In this document: piece by piece, positions 21,256-31,780 of the stretch | Numbering within the stretch: position 1 is the stretch's first letter | How the letters are laid out: each line of letters begins with the position of its first letter | Source of the DNA: Silvimonas sp. | Lineage (GTDB): Bacteria > Pseudomonadota > Gammaproteobacteria > Burkholderiales > Chitinibacteraceae | Direction: 5' to 3' | Assembly (NCBI GenBank): GCA_030151005.1 | Contig: JASLES010000114.1 | Coordinates: forward strand, 1-50,186 | Length of the DNA: 50,186 nucleotides | Position numbers and translations under genes: made by a program | Notes under the pieces: model-generated | What the model saw: only the letters and a program-made list of their open reading frames with translations | Database searches by the model: none | Told to the model about the DNA's origin: nothing

Positions 21256-21259
21256 CGCC

Positions 21260-22609
21260 ATGAGCGTATTAATCTCTGTGCTCGCCTTTGTGGTGACGAT
21301 CGGCATTCTGGTGACCTTTCATGAACTGGGTCATTACTGGGTGGCGCGTCGCTGCGGTATCAAAGTGCTGACGTTCTCTATCGGGTTCGGCAAAAAACTG
21401 CTGTCCTGGCAGCGGGGCGAAACAACCTGGCAATTGGCCGCCGTGCCCTTGGGTGGCTACGTGCGGATGCTTGATGAGCGCGAGCGCCCGGTTGAGCCGG
21501 AAGACTTGCCGCGTTCATTCAACCAGCAACACCCGCTCAAGAAAATGGCCGTGGCCGTGGCAGGGCCGGCGGCTAATCTGTTGCTGGCATTATTGTTTTA
21601 CTGGGTGTTGTTTATCTCTGGCGTGACAACCCTCAAGCCGGTACTGGCCGATGTCACGCAAGGCTCCCCGGCGCAACAAATTGGCTTGCGAGCGGGTGAT
21701 CGCATCGATGCCATTGATAACAAACCTGTTAAAACCTGGGATGATCTGGCCGAGTTCCTGATTGATGCTGCCAGCAGGCATGAGCCGTTTGAGCTGGCTG
21801 TGCACAGCCAGTCTGGTGACGCCACGATCGCGGTGGACCCCGCCCGGACTAACCTGGGCGAGATCGACGCCGGGCTGATTGATCGTTTTGGTATTTCGCC
21901 TTTGCCAATTACGGCCGTGATTGGGCAGGTAGCCCCGGATAGCGCTGCTGCGGCAGCAGATATCAAGCCGGGTGATCGGATCGTGTCGGTAAATGGCAAG
22001 CCGATGCAAAGTTGGAGCGTGCTGCAACAGGCCGTCATGCGTTACCCTGTGGTGCCGGTCAATCTGGTGCTGGAACGGCGCGGACAAACGCTGAACAAAG
22101 TCGTGATGCCACATGAGGTGGTGGTCAAGGGTGAGCATATTGGCCAGTTGGGGCTGGCGCCCAGACTGGACGAGGCGCGCTGGAGCGCGCAACAGATGCA
22201 ACTGCGCTATGGCCCGGTAGAGGCCGTTGGCGCGGCCTGGAACAAGGTGATCGACACGATCAAGTTCACCTTGCAGATGTTTGGTCGCATGATTGTGGGC
22301 CACGTCTCTGTCAAGCAGATAGGCGGTCCGGTTACCCTGGCTGATATGGCCGGGCGATCGGCCCAGATGGGGCTGTTGCCCTTCATCGAAACACTGGCCC
22401 GAATCAGTCTTTCACTGGCTGTTTTGAACCTGCTACCTGTGCCGCTGCTGGATGGCGGTCATTTGCTGTATCATACCGCCGAACTGGTGACCGGACGGCC
22501 GGTCCCTGAGCGGGTACAAGCGTTCGGCATGCGGTTAGGCCTTGCGTTTATTGCCGGGTTAATGGCGCTAGCGCTATATAACGATTTCTTCCGACTTATC
22601 TCTGGTTGA
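21260..22609 (+). CDS. rseP: RIP metalloprotease RseP (two PDZ domains)
   Basis: HELGH zinc motif, GPAAN and NLLPVPLLDGG. Confidence 0.95.
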   Translation: MSVLISVLAFVVTIGILVTFHELGHYWVARRCGIKVLTFSIGFGKKLLSWQRGETTWQLAAVPLGGYVRMLDERERPVEPEDLPRSFNQQHPLKKMAVAVAGPAANLLLALLFYWVLFISGVTTLKPVLADVTQGSPAQQIGLRAGDRIDAIDNKPVKTWDDLAEFLIDAASRHEPFELAVHSQSGDATIAVDPARTNLGEIDAGLIDRFGISPLPITAVIGQVAPDSAAAAADIKPGDRIVSVNGKPMQSWSVLQQAVMRYPVVPVNLVLERRGQTLNKVVMPHEVVVKGEHIGQLGLAPRLDEARWSAQQMQLRYGPVEAVGAAWNKVIDTIKFTLQMFGRMIVGHVSVKQIGGPVTLADMAGRSAQMGLLPFIETLARISLSLAVLNLLPVPLLDGGHLLYHTAELVTGRPVPERVQAFGMRLGLAFIAGLMALALYNDFFRLISG

Positions 22610-22635
22610 GTACTGCCAGTTTCCGATCCGACACA

Positions 22636-24924
22636 ATGAAATTAAAACCGCTTTCCTTGATGCTTGGCGCAGCATTGTCTTTCAGTGCGCTCCCTGTCTG
22701 GGCCATCGATGCTTTTGTGGTGAAGGATATCCGGGTAGAGGGCCTGCAGCGCACTGACGCTGGCACGGTGTTCAATTACTTGCCCGTAAAAGTGGGCGAG
22801 AACCTGGATGACAGCAAGGCGCAGCAAGCCATCAAGGCGCTGTATGCCACCGGCTTTTTCAACGATGTCCGTCTGGAACGCAGCGGGGATGTGCTGATCG
22901 TGACCGTGGACGAACGTCCGACGATTGCGCAGATCAACATCAACGGCGCCAAGTTGATGGATAAAGACCAGATCAAGACCGCGCTCAAGAGCCAGAACTT
23001 TACCGAAGGCCGTATCTTTGATCAGGGCGTGCTGGATGCTGCCGTGCAGGAACTCAAGCAGCAGTATTACTCCCGCGGTCGTTACTCCGTGCAGATCAAG
23101 ACCTCGCAAACCCGTCTTGAACGCAATCGCGTCGGTATCCAGTTTGATATCTCGGAAGGCGCAACTGCGGTGATCCAGCAGGTCAACCTGGTGGGCTCGC
23201 ACGTCTTCAAAGAAAGCAAGCTCCTGGACGAGATGAGCATGTCCACGCCGGGCTGGTTCAGCTGGTACACGCGTGACGATCAGTACTCCCGCCAGAAAAT
23301 GACGGCCGACCTGGAAACCCTGCGTTCCTACTATATGGACCGGGGTTATCTGGAGTACAACATCGATTCCACCCAGGTGGCGATCGGGGAAGACAAAGAA
23401 ACCGTCTTCCTGACCATCAACATGACCGAAGGTCCGCAATACACGGTCAGTGATATCAAGTTTGCTGGCGAAAGCACGCTCTCGCAGGCCGAGCTTGAAA
23501 AAATGGTCAACATCAAGCCGGGCGAAATCTTCAACCGCTCCAAGCTGAACAAGGCCACGACGGCGATTTCCGGCAAGCTGGGTAACGATGGTTACGCCTT
23601 CGCCAACGTCAACGCCGTGCCCGAAGTCGACAAGGTGAACCACACTGTGGCGTTTACCTTCTATGTTGATCCGGGCCGCAAGGTGTACGTGCGCAACATC
23701 AACATCACCGGCAATACCATGACGCGTGATGAAGTGGTTCGCCGCGAACTGCGTCAGCTTGAGTCGGCACCGTACGATGCCTCCAAGGTAGATCGCTCCA
23801 AGCAGCGTCTGAATCAGCTCGATTACTTCCAGGAAGTCACCATTGATACGCCACCGGTGCCCGAGTCGCCGGATCAAGTGGACATGAACGTCAAAGTGAC
23901 CGAGAAGAAAACCGGCCAGTTCAATATTGGCGCCGGTTACGGTCAGTCTGAGGGTGTGGTGCTGATTGCCTCCGTCTCGCAGACCAACTTCCTGGGTAGC
24001 GGCAAGGCGTTCTCGGCCGAGTTCAACAACAGTTCCGCCCAGCGTGTGTACTCGCTGGGTCTGAGTGATCCGTACGCCACGCCGGACGGGATCTCGATGG
24101 GCTGGAACTTCTACAAGCGGGATACCGACCCGTCTTACAACAGCCTGGGTAACTACACCACCAGCGGCTGGGGTGGTGCGCTGAACTTTGGCTTGCCGGT
24201 CACCGAATTCAACTCGGTAGGCATGGGCATTGCCTATGACAACCTTGAGATCATTACCAACGCGAACACGCCAAAGTACGTGAACGAGTTCGTGAACGAA
24301 TATGGTGCCAAAACGGGTACTTTCAGCGTGAACACCAAGTTTGGTCGTGACACGCGTGACAGCGCCTCTTACCCGACCAAGGGCTGGAACTTCAGCACCT
24401 CGGCCGAAGCGGCCATTCCGTCGTCCGATCTCAAGTACTATCGTCTGGGCCTCAACAGCCAGTACTGGATTCCGTTTGGCGACGAAGGCACCGCGCTGGA
24501 ATGGAACCTGCAAGGCGGGTATGGTGGCACCTATGGCAATACCACCTATCCGTTCTACAAGAATTATTACGCGGGTGGCGTGAATTCGGTGCGCGGTTTC
24601 TCCTACGGTACCATTGGTCCGAAGGATGAGAACGGTGACGGCATGGGGGGCAACCGCATGTTGACCAACAGTCTGGAACTGTTCTTCCCGATGCCGGGCT
24701 TGAAGAACGACAAGAGCACGCGTTTGTCCCTGTTTGTTGATTCTGGTCTGGTGCGCGGCCCGACCGATGACGTGCCGGCGGGTAGCATGCGTTACTCTAC
24801 GGGCGCGTCATTCTCATGGGTGTCGCCGATTGGTCCGTTGAAGTTCTCGCTGGCCAAGGCACTGAAGAAGGACGAATCCGACAAGTTGGAATCCTTCCAG
24901 TTCCAGATCGGGAATATCTTCTGA
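22636..24924 (+). CDS. bamA: Outer membrane protein assembly factor BamA
   Basis: Signal peptide, POTRA repeats (DIRVEGLQR), VRGF motif and C-terminal FQFQIGNIF. Confidence 0.97.
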   Translation: MKLKPLSLMLGAALSFSALPVWAIDAFVVKDIRVEGLQRTDAGTVFNYLPVKVGENLDDSKAQQAIKALYATGFFNDVRLERSGDVLIVTVDERPTIAQININGAKLMDKDQIKTALKSQNFTEGRIFDQGVLDAAVQELKQQYYSRGRYSVQIKTSQTRLERNRVGIQFDISEGATAVIQQVNLVGSHVFKESKLLDEMSMSTPGWFSWYTRDDQYSRQKMTADLETLRSYYMDRGYLEYNIDSTQVAIGEDKETVFLTINMTEGPQYTVSDIKFAGESTLSQAELEKMVNIKPGEIFNRSKLNKATTAISGKLGNDGYAFANVNAVPEVDKVNHTVAFTFYVDPGRKVYVRNINITGNTMTRDEVVRRELRQLESAPYDASKVDRSKQRLNQLDYFQEVTIDTPPVPESPDQVDMNVKVTEKKTGQFNIGAGYGQSEGVVLIASVSQTNFLGSGKAFSAEFNNSSAQRVYSLGLSDPYATPDGISMGWNFYKRDTDPSYNSLGNYTTSGWGGALNFGLPVTEFNSVGMGIAYDNLEIITNANTPKYVNEFVNEYGAKTGTFSVNTKFGRDTRDSASYPTKGWNFSTSAEAAIPSSDLKYYRLGLNSQYWIPFGDEGTALEWNLQGGYGGTYGNTTYPFYKNYYAGGVNSVRGFSYGTIGPKDENGDGMGGNRMLTNSLELFFPMPGLKNDKSTRLSLFVDSGLVRGPTDDVPAGSMRYSTGASFSWVSPIGPLKFSLAKALKKDESDKLESFQFQIGNIF

Positions 24925-24949
24925 TTTCGGGTTTGAACGAGGTTAAAGC

Positions 24950-25453
24950 ATGAAATTTGCACGACTGCCTGGTATCTTTCTGTGTGTGCTGTTGCTGGTT
25001 TGCGGTGTTGCCAGCGCGGCCGATCCGTCGCTGAAAATCGGCTTTGTCGACGTGGACCGTATCTTGCGAGACTCGGCCCCGGCGCAACGCGCCACCAAAC
25101 GGCTGGAGAAAGAGTTCGAAGGCCGTCGTGCCGATGTGCAGAAAATTGCCGATCAGGGTAAATCCTTGCAGCTGGTGCTCGATAAAGGCGGCCTGACCGA
25201 TGCGGACCGCAAAGATAAAGAGCGTCAGTTGGTCAAGCTCAACCTGGATTACCAGCGCATGTCGCGCGAACTCAACGAAGATCTGAATTCGCGCCGCAAC
25301 GAAGAACTGGCCGGCATTCAGGAGCGTGTGAACAACGCAGTCCAGCAGATTGCGCAGGTCGAGAAATTTGATCTGATCTTGCAGGAAGCCGCGTTCCATA
25401 GCCCGCGTATCGACATTACCGACAAGGTGCTCAAGGCCCTGGCGGACAAGTAA
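24950..25453 (+). CDS. skp: Periplasmic chaperone Skp/OmpH
   Basis: Signal peptide, KIGFVD, coiled coil and DITDKVL; lies between bamA and lpxD. Confidence 0.93.
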   Translation: MKFARLPGIFLCVLLLVCGVASAADPSLKIGFVDVDRILRDSAPAQRATKRLEKEFEGRRADVQKIADQGKSLQLVLDKGGLTDADRKDKERQLVKLNLDYQRMSRELNEDLNSRRNEELAGIQERVNNAVQQIAQVEKFDLILQEAAFHSPRIDITDKVLKALADK

Positions 25454-25464
25454 GTGACCTGACT

Positions 25465-26499
25465 ATGCGTTTGTCCCAACTGGTAGCAAAACTTGGTGGT
25501 GAACTCTGCGGCGCAGATAGCGAGGTTACGCGTGTTTCCTCGCTGGAAGGCGCTACGCCAGACGCCCTGACGTTCCTGACCAATCCTAAGTTCAAAGAAT
25601 TGCTGACGGATTGCAAAGCCGCTTGCGTATTGCTCAAGCCGGCAGATGCCGAAGGCGTCACGACGCCGCATATCCTCACCGACAACCCGTATCTGTACTA
25701 CGCGCGTGCAGCGGCTTTGCTGCATCCGGTTCCGGCCGTACGTGCTGGCGTACATCCGGCGGCGTATGTCGACCCTACGGCCATTGTCGCGGCAGATGCC
25801 GAAGTCGGGCCCAACGCTACGGTGTGTGCCGGAGCGGTGATCGGTCCTGGCGCGGTGATCATGCCGCAGGCCTATGTGGGCGAACGCGCCCAAGTGGGGG
25901 CGGGTGCACGCATGTACCCGCAGTCTTGCCTGATGGCCGAATGCATTATCGGCGAGCGCGTGATTTTGCATCCGGGTGCCGTGATTGGTGCAGACGGTTT
26001 TGGCAATGCCTGGGCCGCCGATCATTGGGAAAAAATCCCGCAAATTGGTCGCGCCATCATTGGTGACGACGTCGAAATTGGTGCTAACACCACCATTGAT
26101 CGTGGCGCGCTGGAAGACACCATCGTTGCCAACGGTGCGCGCATCGATAACCTGATCATGATTGGTCATAACTGCCAGATTGGTGAACACACCGCCATGG
26201 CATCGTGTGTCGGTATTGCCGGCTCCACACGCATCGGCGCGCGCTGCCAGATTGGCGGTGCGGCCATGATTGGCGGCCACCTGGAGATTGCGGATGGCAC
26301 AGTCATTCTGGCCGCCACCGCAGTGACCAAAAGTATCCGTGAGCCTGGCGTCTACGGCGGCCCGATCCCCGCGGCTCCGCAAGACCAATGGGCGAAAAAT
26401 GCCGTGCATCTGCGGCGCCTTGATGTCACGAACAGCAAGGTCAAACAACTCGAGAAACAGGTCGCTGCCTTGCTGGCAGGCGACGCGCAGGAGGAATAA
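25465..26499 (+). CDS. lpxD: UDP-3-O-(3-hydroxyacyl)glucosamine N-acyltransferase
   Basis: Hexapeptide repeats, GADGFG, IPQIG, TTIDRGA and IDNL. Confidence 0.96.
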   Translation: MRLSQLVAKLGGELCGADSEVTRVSSLEGATPDALTFLTNPKFKELLTDCKAACVLLKPADAEGVTTPHILTDNPYLYYARAAALLHPVPAVRAGVHPAAYVDPTAIVAADAEVGPNATVCAGAVIGPGAVIMPQAYVGERAQVGAGARMYPQSCLMAECIIGERVILHPGAVIGADGFGNAWAADHWEKIPQIGRAIIGDDVEIGANTTIDRGALEDTIVANGARIDNLIMIGHNCQIGEHTAMASCVGIAGSTRIGARCQIGGAAMIGGHLEIADGTVILAATAVTKSIREPGVYGGPIPAAPQDQWAKNAVHLRRLDVTNSKVKQLEKQVAALLAGDAQEE

Positions 26500-26951
26500 T
26501 GAGCGAGACGATGGACATCAACGAGATCGTCAAGTATCTGCCACACCGATACCCGTTCTTGCTGATCGACCGCGTGGTTGAACTGGAACTGGGCAAGTCG
26601 ATCAAGGCACTCAAGAACGTGACCATCAATGAGCCGTTCTTTCAGGGCCATTTTCCGCAATACCCGGTTATGCCGGGCGTGTTGATCATGGAAGCGCTGG
26701 CCCAGGCTGCTGGTGTGCTGTCGTTCAAATCCGAAGGCCGCATGCCCACGGATGGCACCCTGTATTTCTTTGCCGGCATCGATAACGCCCGTTTCAAGCG
26801 TCAGGTGCTGCCGGGCGATCAGTTGACCTTGTGCGTCGAGATGGTTGCGCAAAAGCGTGGCATCTACAAATATCAGGCCAAGGCTTATGTTGGCGAAGAA
26901 CTTGCCGCTGAAGCCGATCTGATGTGCGCTGAACGCAAAGTCAACAAATAA
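26499..26951 (+). CDS. fabZ: 3-hydroxyacyl-ACP dehydratase
   Basis: [11 protein letters not shown] and [18 protein letters not shown]. Confidence 0.98.
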   Translation: MSETMDINEIVKYLPHRYPFLLIDRVVELELGKSIKALKNVTINEPFFQGHFPQYPVMPGVLIMEALAQAAGVLSFKSEGRMPTDGTLYFFAGIDNARFKRQVLPGDQLTLCVEMVAQKRGIYKYQAKAYVGEELAAEADLMCAERKVNK

Positions 26952-27054
26952 GCACATGCACGACCAGCCCGCCGCCACGCAGTGCGGCGCGGCAGTAACC
27001 TTGTAAAACCGGCGGGCCAGCAGCCCGCCAGAATTTTTTCCAGGATCGACGGAT

Positions 27055-27831
27055 ATGGCAAACATCCATCCGACAGCGGTGGTAGACCCCAAGGCAAAGT
27101 TGCATGACAGCGTCATCGTTGGCCCCTATGTCGTGATCGGGCCTGATGTCACCATCGGGGCGAATACCGTGGTCGATGCGCATGTGGTCATTTCCGGCGT
27201 TACCACTATTGGCGAGCGCAACCGGTTTTATTCGTTTGGCAGCATTGGTTGTGATCCGCAGGACAAGAAATACAAAGGCGAACCCACGCGGCTGGTGATA
27301 GGCAATGACAATTCTTTTTTCCAGAATGTCACGGTGTCCACCGGTACTGTCCAGGATCAGGGGCTGACCAGTGTTGGCGACAATAACTGGATCATGGCCT
27401 ATGTCCATATTGCGCATGATTGCCGCATCGGTAATAGCACCATTTTTGCCAATAATGTCACCTTGGCTGGTCACGTAGACGTGGACGATTTTGCCTTCCT
27501 GGGCGGCTTCACCACGGTGCACCAGTTCTGCAAAATTGGCGCGTATGCTATGTCGGCTTTTACTGCCGCCATCTCGCAGGATGTCCCGCCCTTTGTGGTG
27601 GCCGCGGGCAACCGTGCCAAGCCTGCCGGTGTACATAGCGAAGGCATGCGCCGGCACGGGTTTACCTCCGAACAAATTGCCCAGGTCAAAAAGGCTTACC
27701 GTGTGTTATACCGGCAAAGCCTCTCGCTGGACGAATCGCTGACCGCGCTGGATGAACTGGCCGCAAGCTCTGCAGATGTCGCGCGCTTTACCGGTTTTAT
27801 CCGGACGAGCGAGCGCGGTTTTATCCGCTAA
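27055..27831 (+). CDS. lpxA: Acyl-ACP:UDP-GlcNAc O-acyltransferase
   Basis: IHPTA, PQDKKY, HIAHDC, LAGHV and VHQF. Confidence 0.97.
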   Translation: MANIHPTAVVDPKAKLHDSVIVGPYVVIGPDVTIGANTVVDAHVVISGVTTIGERNRFYSFGSIGCDPQDKKYKGEPTRLVIGNDNSFFQNVTVSTGTVQDQGLTSVGDNNWIMAYVHIAHDCRIGNSTIFANNVTLAGHVDVDDFAFLGGFTTVHQFCKIGAYAMSAFTAAISQDVPPFVVAAGNRAKPAGVHSEGMRRHGFTSEQIAQVKKAYRVLYRQSLSLDESLTALDELAASSADVARFTGFIRTSERGFIR

Positions 27832-27891
27832 GCCCATGACTGGTTGCCTTCACGCCTTTTTCCAACATTTAATCCAGATACTGTCGAGCCG

Positions 27892-29070
27892 ATGATTGAT
27901 CGACTCTTTCCCCAAACCGGTAGCGGCCCGCGCATTGCCATTGTCGCCGGCGAAGCCTCGGGCGATTTGCTGGGCGCACAGCTGATTGAAGCGCTGCAGC
28001 GCTTGATTCCTGACGCGCGCTTTTCCGGTATTGCCGGCCCTAAAATGAAGGCCTTGGGTGCACATTCGGTCGTGCCCATGGAAAAACTGGCGGTGCGCGG
28101 CTATGTCGAGGTTATTCGCCATTTGCCCGAGCTGCTGCGCATTCGCCGGCAGCTCAAGCAGGCCATTATTCGCGAGCGTCCGGACCTGGTCATCGGCATT
28201 GATGCGCCGGATTTCAACCTGGGTCTTGAAGCTGCTGCCAAGGCGGCTGGCATTACCACCATTCACTACGTCAGCCCGTCAATCTGGGCCTGGCGCAGCG
28301 AGCGGCTCAAGAAAATTGCCAAGGCCGTATCGCACGTATTGCTGCTGTTCCCGTTTGAAGAGCCGCTTTACCGGCAGGCCGGCATTCCCGCGACCTATGT
28401 CGGCCACCCGCTGGCGGACATGTTCCCGCTGGAGCCCAATCGCGAAGCGTATCGTGAGCAACTGGGCATCAGCGACAAGGCACTGGCGTTTGCCATGCTG
28501 CCCGGCAGCCGTCAGAGCGAACTGGAACTGCACGCCACGTTATTCATCGAAACGGCAAAACAACTGGCAGAGCGCTATCCGCACGCTGTCTTTCTGGTGC
28601 CGTTTATCACGCGGGAAACGCGGGATATGTTCGAGGTGCGCATGTGGCAGATGGGCGCGCAAGAACTCCCGTTCCGCCTGATGTTTGGCCATGCCCATGA
28701 CGCCATGCTGGCGTCTGACGCAATTATCGTCGCCTCCGGCACCGCCGCGCTGGAAGCCATGTTGGCCAAACGCCCGTTGGTGGTGACTTACAAGCTCTCC
28801 AATCTGACCTACCGCATGGTCAAGAAAAAGATCAAAACACCATACGTGAGCCTGCCCAATGCGCTGGCTGGCGGTTTTGTTGTGCCTGAACTGCTGCAAC
28901 ATGATGCAACCGTGGAAAACCTGCTGCAGGCCGTCACCAATATGGTGGACGACAAGCGCTTTGGCGCCCGACTGGATCAGTGTTTTACCGCCTTTCATGA
29001 GCAACTGCGTTGCAATGCGGCGGAGCGGGCCGCGCAGGCCGTCGTAGCCTTGCTGAACAAGCGGAGATAA
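27892..29070 (+). CDS. lpxB: Lipid A disaccharide synthase
   Basis: [30 protein letters not shown] and ASGTAALE; the start may be slightly later. Confidence 0.96.
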   Translation: MIDRLFPQTGSGPRIAIVAGEASGDLLGAQLIEALQRLIPDARFSGIAGPKMKALGAHSVVPMEKLAVRGYVEVIRHLPELLRIRRQLKQAIIRERPDLVIGIDAPDFNLGLEAAAKAAGITTIHYVSPSIWAWRSERLKKIAKAVSHVLLLFPFEEPLYRQAGIPATYVGHPLADMFPLEPNREAYREQLGISDKALAFAMLPGSRQSELELHATLFIETAKQLAERYPHAVFLVPFITRETRDMFEVRMWQMGAQELPFRLMFGHAHDAMLASDAIIVASGTAALEAMLAKRPLVVTYKLSNLTYRMVKKKIKTPYVSLPNALAGGFVVPELLQHDATVENLLQAVTNMVDDKRFGARLDQCFTAFHEQLRCNAAERAAQAVVALLNKRR

Positions 29071-29072
29071 GC

Positions 29073-29651
29073 ATGCTGGTGTGTGGGGTGGATGAAGCCG
29101 GACGTGGTCCGCTGGCGGGTTCTGTATATGCGGCAGCGGTGATCTTGCCGGACAACCACGGCCTGATCGGGCTGGATGACTCCAAAAAGCTGTCGGAAAA
29201 ACAACGCGAGCGCCTGTTTCCGCAAATCAAGGAACGCGCGCTGGCATGGTCGATTGCCTTTGCCACCCATGAAGAAATCGACCAGATCAACATTCTGCAC
29301 GCCACCATGCTGGCCATGCAGCGCGCGGTTGCAGGCCTGCAGATCACGCCGGACAAAGCGCTGATTGATGGCAACCGCGCACCCGGATTGGCATGTGCAG
29401 TAGAAACCGTAGTGGGCGGCGATGCGCTGCACGCCTGCATTTCAGCCGCATCCATCCTTGCCAAAGTGGCGCGAGACCATGAAGTCGCAGAATACGAAAC
29501 CCGCTGGCCGGGTTACGGTTTTGCCCAGCACAAAGGCTATCCAACGGCGGCACATCTGGCCGCGCTCAAAGCGCTTGGTCCGTGTCCGGTTCACCGCATG
29601 AGCTTCGGCCCGGTACGGCAAGCCGTGGCGCAAATGCCGCTGTGGGATTGA
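29073..29651 (+). CDS. rnhB: Ribonuclease HII
   Basis: [26 protein letters not shown] and HKGY. Confidence 0.97.
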   Translation: MLVCGVDEAGRGPLAGSVYAAAVILPDNHGLIGLDDSKKLSEKQRERLFPQIKERALAWSIAFATHEEIDQINILHATMLAMQRAVAGLQITPDKALIDGNRAPGLACAVETVVGGDALHACISAASILAKVARDHEVAEYETRWPGYGFAQHKGYPTAAHLAALKALGPCPVHRMSFGPVRQAVAQMPLWD

Positions 29652-29838
29652 TTGGCGGTTGTCGCCTCCTTGCACTGCAACTAAACTGCGGTACGGGAGG
29701 CGTATTCATAATGAATATTCCGGGTCATCCGGGACGCTACATACGCTGATTGAACACAATATGGGTGCCGGTGCGATATCGGCGCCAGAGTGATGCTCCC
29801 TCCAATAACAGAGCGGTAATACCGGGAAAACACGGCGC

Positions 29839-30699
29839 ATGTTTGTCATTATTGGTTACATATTCATGGTCGCTTGTATTTTCGGCGCCTATGCGGTGCA
29901 CGGCGGCGAACTGGCCGTGCTGTGGCAACCGACCGAAATCGTCATTATTTTTGGTGGCGGGATCGGTGCCTTGATCGTGGGCTATGGCGGCAAGCCAATG
30001 AAAGCCACCCTCAAGGCTGCGCCTTCGATTTTCAAAGGCTCGCCGTACAACAAAAACTTCTTCATGGATTTGTTTGCGCTGCAGTTCGAGATTCTGACCA
30101 AAATCCGCAAGGAAGGTCTGATGTCGATTGAAGCAGATGTAGACGATCCGCACAGCAGCGCGGTATTCAGCAAATACCCCAAAGTGGCGCACGATCATCA
30201 CCTGATCGAATTCATGACCGATTACCTGCGGCTGATGGTCGGCGGCAACCTCAATGCTTTTGAAATCGAAAACCTGATGGATGTCGAAATCGACACCCAC
30301 CATCACGAAGCCGCTGTGCCCTCAACCGTGATTTCCAAACTGGCAGACGGTTTGCCGGCGTTTGGTATCGTGGCTGCGGTGATGGGTGTGGTGCACACCA
30401 TGGGTTCATTGCATTTGCCGCCTTCAGAACTGGGCAAGCTGATTGGTGCGGCGCTGGTCGGTACCTTTATGGGTATTTTGCTGGCGTACGGCTTTGTGGG
30501 CCCGATCGCTTCCGTGCTGGAAGCCCGTGCAGCCGCTGCCACTCAGGCTTTTAACGCCGTGAAAACGACATTGCTGGCCAGCCTGAATGGCTACGCGCCG
30601 CAAGTGGCAGTGGAGTTTGGCCGCAAGGCGGTAGAGAGCACAGAACGCCCCAGCTTCAAAGAGCTGGAAGATTACGTGAAGAACGCCAAGGGCAAGTAA
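29839..30699 (+). CDS. motA: Flagellar motor stator protein MotA
   Basis: Four TM segments, RKEGLMSIE, LPAFGIVAAVMG, ALVGTF.GILLAYG and AVEFGRK. Confidence 0.96.
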   Translation: MFVIIGYIFMVACIFGAYAVHGGELAVLWQPTEIVIIFGGGIGALIVGYGGKPMKATLKAAPSIFKGSPYNKNFFMDLFALQFEILTKIRKEGLMSIEADVDDPHSSAVFSKYPKVAHDHHLIEFMTDYLRLMVGGNLNAFEIENLMDVEIDTHHHEAAVPSTVISKLADGLPAFGIVAAVMGVVHTMGSLHLPPSELGKLIGAALVGTFMGILLAYGFVGPIASVLEARAAAATQAFNAVKTTLLASLNGYAPQVAVEFGRKAVESTERPSFKELEDYVKNAKGK

Positions 30700-30853
30700 G
30701 CACAGCGAAGATGGCCCCAGTGGCCGCGTTGTGTTTGTTTGCCTGCTCGAGATGGACTGTCTGCGCTTCGCAGGTCTTGCGAGCGGGATTTTCTTCACCA
30801 CGATGGCCGCCAGGTTTTGCGGCTGTTGAAACCCGATTTTCTGAGCAAATGCC

Positions 30854-31780
30854 ATGAGCGACGACTCACAACGCCCCATAGTGGTCAAGCGCATCAAGAA
30901 AGGCGGTCATGGACACCATGGCGGCGCCTGGAAGATTGCGTACGCTGACTTCATGACGGCCATGATGGCGTTCTTTCTGCTGATGTGGCTGTTGGGTTCG
31001 GTATCCAAAGGCAACCTCAAGGGGATTGCCGATTATTTCTCCAACCCGCTCAAGATTGCCCGCCGGGGTGGCGAGGGCGCGGGTGATGCCGATTCGCTGA
31101 TCAAAGGTGGCGGCAAAGATTTGACCCAGCAAGTGGGCCAGATGAAAAAGGGCGCTGTTCAGGAAGACGAGCAAGCCAAGGATCGGCGGCGTCTTAGCGA
31201 GCTGAAAAAGAAGTTTGAAGCGCTAATGGACGACAAGGCCAAGAGCAACAGCAAACTGGCGCAGTACAAGAAACAGCTCAAGCTCGATATGGTGGCAGAA
31301 GGGTTGCGCATCCAGATTGTGGATGACCAGAACCGGCCCATGTTCAAGTCAGGCAGCAGCGAACTGGAACCCTACGCCAAAGACATTCTGGATGAAATCG
31401 GCAAGCTGCTGAACGACGTCCCCAATGATCTCTCGCTGTCTGGTCACACCGACGCCCAGCCATTTGCCTCTGGCCAGCGCGGCTATTCCAACTGGGAACT
31501 CTCGTCGGATCGCGCCAATGCCTCGCGCCGCGAGCTGCTGGCCGGTGGTGGGCTGTCCACGGACAAGATCCTGCGGGTCAATGGCTTTGCCGAGCAAGTG
31601 CCGCTGGATACCACCAATATTTATGCGCCGGTGAATCGCCGGATCAGCATTGTGGTACTGAACAAAGAAGCCGAAGCCGAAATTCGCCGGCAGGCCGGGA
31701 TCGATCAGGAAGCCAAAGCCATTCCGGCGTCCGAAGTGGCCTCTAAAGTGGCTGGCAAGGTGGCGTCTGGGGCAAGTTAA
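30854..31780 (+). CDS. motB: Flagellar motor stator protein MotB
   Basis: HHGGAWKIAYADFMTAMMAFF (conserved Asp); OmpA-like domain with GHTD, NWELSSDRA and NRRI. Confidence 0.96.
   Translation: MSDDSQRPIVVKRIKKGGHGHHGGAWKIAYADFMTAMMAFFLLMWLLGSVSKGNLKGIADYFSNPLKIARRGGEGAGDADSLIKGGGKDLTQQVGQMKKGAVQEDEQAKDRRRLSELKKKFEALMDDKAKSNSKLAQYKKQLKLDMVAEGLRIQIVDDQNRPMFKSGSSELEPYAKDILDEIGKLLNDVPNDLSLSGHTDAQPFASGQRGYSNWELSSDRANASRRELLAGGGLSTDKILRVNGFAEQVPLDTTNIYAPVNRRISIVVLNKEAEAEIRRQAGIDQEAKAIPASEVASKVAGKVASGAS

Noticed and set aside
22642..24513. 623-aa antisense ORF over bamA (similar ones over arnA/B/C, trxB, trpS and cysS)
   Set aside because: Antisense mirrors expected from GC-rich codon usage; composition is not protein-like and they fully overlap real genes.
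30935..30990. Leu rather than Val 11 residues after the MotB Asp (suggested Na+-type marker)
   Set aside because: FFLLMWL is common in beta- and alphaproteobacterial MotB, so it does not indicate the coupling ion.
29839..31780. motAB as a ZorAB (Zorya) defence motor
   Set aside because: MotA has normal length with no long ZorA tail, both proteins carry canonical flagellar stator motifs, and no zorC/D/E genes are present.
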